From assembly GCA_017462485.1 (NCBI GenBank), contig JAFTRA010000019.1, positions 28,941 to 92,940 of the forward strand: 64,000 bases of DNA, read 5' to 3'. Source of the DNA: Clostridia bacterium (lineage in GTDB: Bacteria > Bacillota > Clostridia > Oscillospirales > CAG-272). Below are positions 62,284-64,000 of the stretch, one piece after another; position 1 is the first letter of the stretch, and each line of letters begins with the position of its first letter. Below the pieces are notes generated by a model. The model saw only the letters and a program-made list of their open reading frames with translations, searched no databases and had not been told where the DNA came from. The position numbers and the translations under genes are program-made.

Positions 62284-64000
62284 ATGAAAAAATGGAATTT
62301 CTACACCTCAAAAGAACTCAAGCCTTGCGGCTGGCTGAAACGTCAGCTTGAGATACAGGCAGAGGGACTTAGCGGAAATCTTGATAAAGTATGGAGAGAT
62401 GTGAGAGATAGCGCTTGGATCGGCGGTGAAGCTGAGGGGTGGGAAAGAGTGCCTTATTGGCTTGACGGATTTATTCCCCTCGCGTATCTTCTTGAGAACG
62501 AGGATATGATTGAAAGAGCGAAAAAATATATCAATGCTATAATCGAGCGCCAAAAACCAAGCGGCTGGATATGCCCGTGCAGCGATGAAGAAATCCCCAC
62601 ATACGACACTTGGGGGACACAGCTTATATCAAAGGTGCTTGTAGTATATTACGAGTGCTCAGGCGACGAACGCATACCCGATGTGCTCTATAGAGTAATG
62701 AACAATTATTACGAATTGCTCAAATCGGGAACGATACGGCTTTTCAACTGGGGTAAATACCGCTGGTTTGAGGCATTCGTTGCCATAAATTTCCTTAAGA
62801 AGAGATATAACCAAGGGTGGATTACCGACCTTGCAAGAATACTCAAGGAGCAGGGTGCCGACTACAGTAAGATGACAGAGCTCTGGAAAAAGCCTGTTAA
62901 CAAGTGGACCTATGATACACATATCGTAAATATAGCCATGATGATAAAACACGAGGCTATGTCCTGCGATATACTCGGTGAAGACTACGAAGATGTTGCG
63001 GAGACTCTTGTGACAGTCCTTTCGGAATACAATGGCACTCCCGTAGGTACGTTTACGGGTGACGAGTGCCTCTCGGGCATTAGTCCCATTCAAGGTACTG
63101 AGCTTTGCGCCGTGGTCGAGCAGATGTACTCATACGAGTGGCTATTTGCACATACGGGAGACAGCAAGTGGGCAGAACGCCTTGAGATGCTTGCCTTCAA
63201 CGCACTTCCCGCAACAATAAGCGACGATATGTGGACGCATCAATATGATCAGCTCAGCAATCAGATAGCTTGTCAAATATTCCCCTCGAAACCAATATTT
63301 CGAACCAATGGAAAGGATGCCCACCTCTTTGGGCTTGAGCCAAACTTCGGCTGCTGTACCGCAAACTTTAACCAAGGTTGGCCTAAATTTGCGCTGTCCG
63401 CGTTTTTGCATCAGGAGGATACCGTTTTGTCGGCGATCCCCGTGCCGTCTTCGCTTAAAACTGACGATATTTCTATTACCCTGAATACAAATTACCCGTT
63501 TGAAAACAAATTTGAATACACGGTGAAAGCAAAAAGAAATATGCGCCTTAAGGTCAGAGTCCCATCATTTGCAAAAAAACTTTTTGTCAACAAAAAGGCA
63601 ACCGCCTTCTGTAACGAGCTTGAATTTGATATTCCGGCAGATCAAGCTACTTATATTGAGATCGAATTTGATACTGCCCCTTCTTTGATGCTTCGCCCCC
63701 ATAGCTTAAGAACCGTAAAATGCGGATCGCTCGTCTTCTCACTTCCGATAGAATATGAGAAAAGGATGCTTGAATACGAAAGGAACGGCGTTGAGCGAAA
63801 ATATCCTTACTGTGACTACGAGTATATACCGAAATCAGAGTGGAGCTATGCATATTCTTCGCCTTTTTTCAAGCTTGAAAGACGCGAGATGTCGGGCGTT
63901 CCTTTCGCCTCACAAAAACCGCCCGTAACAGTAAAAGCAAAGGTTAAAAAGATTGCTTGGGGCCTCGAGGACGGATACGATACCGTATGCGCAAAGGTAC
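62284..64000 (+). CDS. GH127/DUF1680-like glycoside hydrolase (beta-L-arabinofuranosidase-like), 3' end outside window
   Basis: Not in the ORF track because it has no stop in the window. My translation from ATG 62284 (after AAAGGAGA) stays open to base 64000. It contains GTELCAVVEQMYS..., LAFNALPA and EPNFGCCTANFNQGWPKF (GH127-type Cys pair). Confidence 0.75.
   Translation, partial: MKKWNFYTSKELKPCGWLKRQLEIQAEGLSGNLDKVWRDVRDSAWIGGEAEGWERVPYWLDGFIPLAYLLENEDMIERAKKYINAIIERQKPSGWICPCSDEEIPTYDTWGTQLISKVLVVYYECSGDERIPDVLYRVMNNYYELLKSGTIRLFNWGKYRWFEAFVAINFLKKRYNQGWITDLARILKEQGADYSKMTELWKKPVNKWTYDTHIVNIAMMIKHEAMSCDILGEDYEDVAETLVTVLSEYNGTPVGTFTGDECLSGISPIQGTELCAVVEQMYSYEWLFAHTGDSKWAERLEMLAFNALPATISDDMWTHQYDQLSNQIACQIFPSKPIFRTNGKDAHLFGLEPNFGCCTANFNQGWPKFALSAFLHQEDTVLSAIPVPSSLKTDDISITLNTNYPFENKFEYTVKAKRNMRLKVRVPSFAKKLFVNKKATAFCNELEFDIPADQATYIEIEFDTAPSLMLRPHSLRTVKCGSLVFSLPIEYEKRMLEYERNGVERKYPYCDYEYIPKSEWSYAYSSPFFKLERREMSGVPFASQKPPVTVKAKVKKIAWGLEDGYDTVCAKV

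Overview
This window is an origin-proximal chromosome segment from a low-GC, spore-forming Firmicute, probably Clostridia. That taxonomic guess is my inference from gene content (spoVAC/AD/AE, SipW, RNase J/Y). All calls come from reading the ORF translations and the DNA by eye; no searches were run.

Minus strand: dnaA-dnaN-recF-DUF370-gyrB-gyrA (34.3 to 25.4 kb). A bipartite oriC flanks dnaA, with TTTTCCACA-type DnaA boxes plus a TAG-trio/GC-cluster unwinding module in the dnaA-dnaN spacer.

Other housekeeping genes:
- mnmG and rny-ymdB
- a CIRCE-controlled hrcA-grpE-dnaK-dnaJ operon
- soj and spo0J
- RNase J
- spoVAC-AD-AE
- a Na/Pi cotransporter and a cation/proton antiporter

The right third (41-64 kb) is an accessory-looking carbohydrate region. 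It has four AraC regulators, PMI-like, GHL6-like, BNR/sialidase-like and GH127-like enzymes, a NanA/DapA-type lyase, and a 9-gene dehydrogenase/lactonase/cupin/DeoC/PfkB/AEC operon. It also holds an IS3 transposase remnant beside a four-helix-bundle gene remnant.

Most noteworthy:
1. A cargo-sipW-cargo operon (17.9-20.9 kb). Its two unassignable secreted proteins share a G-x-YASW leader junction resembling the TasA/SipW-cognate signal peptide. This is a candidate divergent extracellular fibre/matrix module.
2. A 2.1-kb gene-free, T-rich region carrying three copies of the palindrome TGTTTCACGTGAAACA (parS). A fourth copy lies in an unusual 616-bp spacer that splits soj from spo0J and contains about nine 10-bp phased T-tract repeats.
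3. RNase J with a ~138-aa Lys/Asn-rich N-terminal extension.
4. An XRE regulator with a PAKE-repeat linker and an amphipathic tail.

I saw no CRISPR array, rRNA, tRNA or recognisable defence system.
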